64,000 bases of DNA, from positions 199,764,001-199,828,000 of the forward strand of contig NC_091289.1 of the NCBI RefSeq assembly GCF_032444005.1, given 5' to 3'. Source of the stretch: Ranitomeya imitator (taxonomy: Eukaryota). Under the pieces are notes generated by a model. It did not search any database. It was given only the letters and a program-made list of their open reading frames with translations, and had not been told where the DNA came from. The translations under genes and the position numbers were made by a program. This document shows, in pieces, positions 60,801 through 64,000 of the stretch (the first letter of the stretch is position 1; every line of letters starts with the position of its first letter).

Positions 60801-61181
60801 GGCCGGAAACCCACTGCCGATTCACCCGCTTTCAGCTCTGTTTCCCGCTTAAACACGCCCCCCTCTTCCGGGTCATGGGTCCTGTCGGGTACCCTATTTC
60901 TTCCCCTGGACAACACGGGACGCAGCCTCGACAGTTCCAGACCTGGTCAATGCAGGTATCCGCAGCCCGATCTTCCTCCTTATACTATTGCCCCTAATAA
61001 TTAGAAGAGCAGTGGTCCCCGAGGTTTTGCCAGGCACAGCGCCGTCCTCCTCTATAGGCAGTGTCCGGTATTGCAGCTACCACTCACATTGGGGCAGCAC
61101 CGGAGGCAGCTGATGGGACGGCGCTGTGTCAGGTAACAATGTTTATGAGGCTCATACTTTCATCCTTCTTCACATTTCATA

Positions 61182-62774
<1,593 letters not shown>

Positions 62775-62930
62775 TAGATAATGTAACAGGCAGACAATCT
62801 GCAAATCAATGTATATATAAATCATCTTATCTCACCCTCAGAAAACCCCTAAAAGCCATTAGGTGTCTCCTTTATGTGTAACCTGCTGTGTGATGGCCAG
62901 CATAATCCATCTGTAACAGCAGAGGCAGAT

Positions 62931-63250
62931 TACAGGAAGTGGGGGTGTGGCTTTATACATCTACAGGAAGTGGGGGTGTGGCTTTATACATCTACAGGAA
63001 GTGGGGGTGTGGCTTTATACATCTACAGGAAGTGGGGGTGTGGCTTTGTACATCTACAGGAAGTGGGTGTGTGGCTTTGTACATCTACAGGAAGTGGGGG
63101 TGTGGCTTTGCACATCTACAGGAAGTGGGGGTGTGGCTTTGCACATCTACAGGAAGTGGAGGTGTGGCTTTGCACATCTACAGGAAGTGGGGTGTGGCTG
63201 TGCACATCTGCAGGAATTGGGGCGTGGCTTTTTACCTCCACAGGAAGTTG
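62931..63250. repeat. 31-bp minisatellite (TACAGGAAGTGGGGGTGTGGCTTTATACATC), ~10 copies
   Basis: Direct reading, degenerating rightwards. Confidence 0.92.
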
Positions 63251-63805
63251 TGTAGAGCTTTGTACCGATATAGGAAGTGGTGTCGGTAGGTTTTGCCTTT
63301 TGTCTCCACTTCTGCCCTCTTGTCTGACATACTGCATGCAGGTGAAAAACAAAGGCTGGGTTTTGACTCCGGGCAGACGAGCCATTGGAAAACAGCAGGA
63401 CCAATGCATGCAGGCAACTGAGGGAAAAGAAGTTCCAGCACCTATAGTGCTGGCTGAATGCTGGTGAGGAGACCACTAAAAAATATAATGGACAGCAAAT
63501 TACTGAGAAGGAGAACCAGACCAGATCCTGGACGTATTATGCTGGTGCTGTCGTGGGGTTGAGGGCAGCAGGACCGCGCTTGTCTACAGGCTTTGTGTGT
63601 AAGGACAGGCACAATCTAACGGATACTTCTTCCAAATTAAAAAAAGTGCTTAATTGCAGCTAAGATGAGTGTAAATGTGACGATCTGTCAGCGCGGTGTG
63701 GTGCAGACCCGTCCTGGGGGGCTTCCTGCTCCGTCCTCCGAGGTCCTTCCTCACTGACCAGTGTGCACACTGTAAACTCCTCGTCCCATTTGGTCTTTTT
63801 TTCAG

Positions 63806-64000
63806 GCTCGTGAACCAGAATTATATCTACTCCCCGGGGACCTTTATGAAGGCAGTGTATACGCATCCACAGTCTCTCCGGAGCAGCGGCATTTCCAGGC
63901 CGAGTATTCATCCTCTGAGCAGTCTGAAGCGCGAGCCGACGCCATCATCGATGAGAGGACGACGGTTCAGCCGATCCCTGAGAATGACCCAGCCGCGCCC
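63806..64000 (+). CDS. SPATA1: SPATA1 exon, truncated by the window end (AREPELYLLPGDLYEG...)
   Basis: tctttttttcAG acceptor. xxxPELYLLP follows FAPPY in SPATA1, and the frame is open to the window end. Confidence 0.88.

Noticed and set aside
59574-61004. Cys/His/Pro-rich ORFs resembling metallothionein or keratin-associated proteins
   Set aside because: They derive from CTGCACACC low-complexity repeats, are open in most frames on both strands, and are intronic.

Overview
This is vertebrate genomic DNA, most likely from an anuran frog (inferred from the Tc1, CR1, L2, Harbinger-MITE and T2/Kolobok-MITE families present). It carries the conserved syntenic block DNASE2B(+) > RPF1(+) >< GNG5(-) <> SPATA1(+), in the same order and orientation as human 1p22. 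I could reconstruct by hand: the last 3 coding exons of DNASE2B; all 9 coding exons of RPF1 (341 aa, with a GT-AG U12-type minor intron); both coding exons plus a 3'-UTR exon of GNG5 (68 aa, CaaX = CSFL); and the first 5 coding exons of SPATA1 (the fifth runs off the window). About 40% of the window, and about two thirds of the SPATA1 portion, consists of ~15 unrelated tandem arrays with units of roughly 9-235 bp, usually one dominant array per intron. All the very long repetitive ORFs in the ORF track are artefacts of these arrays. Mobile elements include a full-length Tc1 with an open DD34E transposase ORF, a decayed Tc1, a young 5'-truncated CR1, an RTE fragment, L2/CR1 fragments, MITEs and a probable Penelope remnant with a degenerate minimal hammerhead motif. 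I did not find a convincingly new protein-coding system. The most interesting signals are non-coding: a GGGACGT/ACGTCCC core shared by several unrelated minisatellites, a 175-copy array of splice-acceptor mimics in SPATA1, an overlapping uORF with an ATGA stop-start at the SPATA1 start, and an RTE-derived chimeric 235-bp repeat. All coordinates were read manually and copy numbers are approximate.
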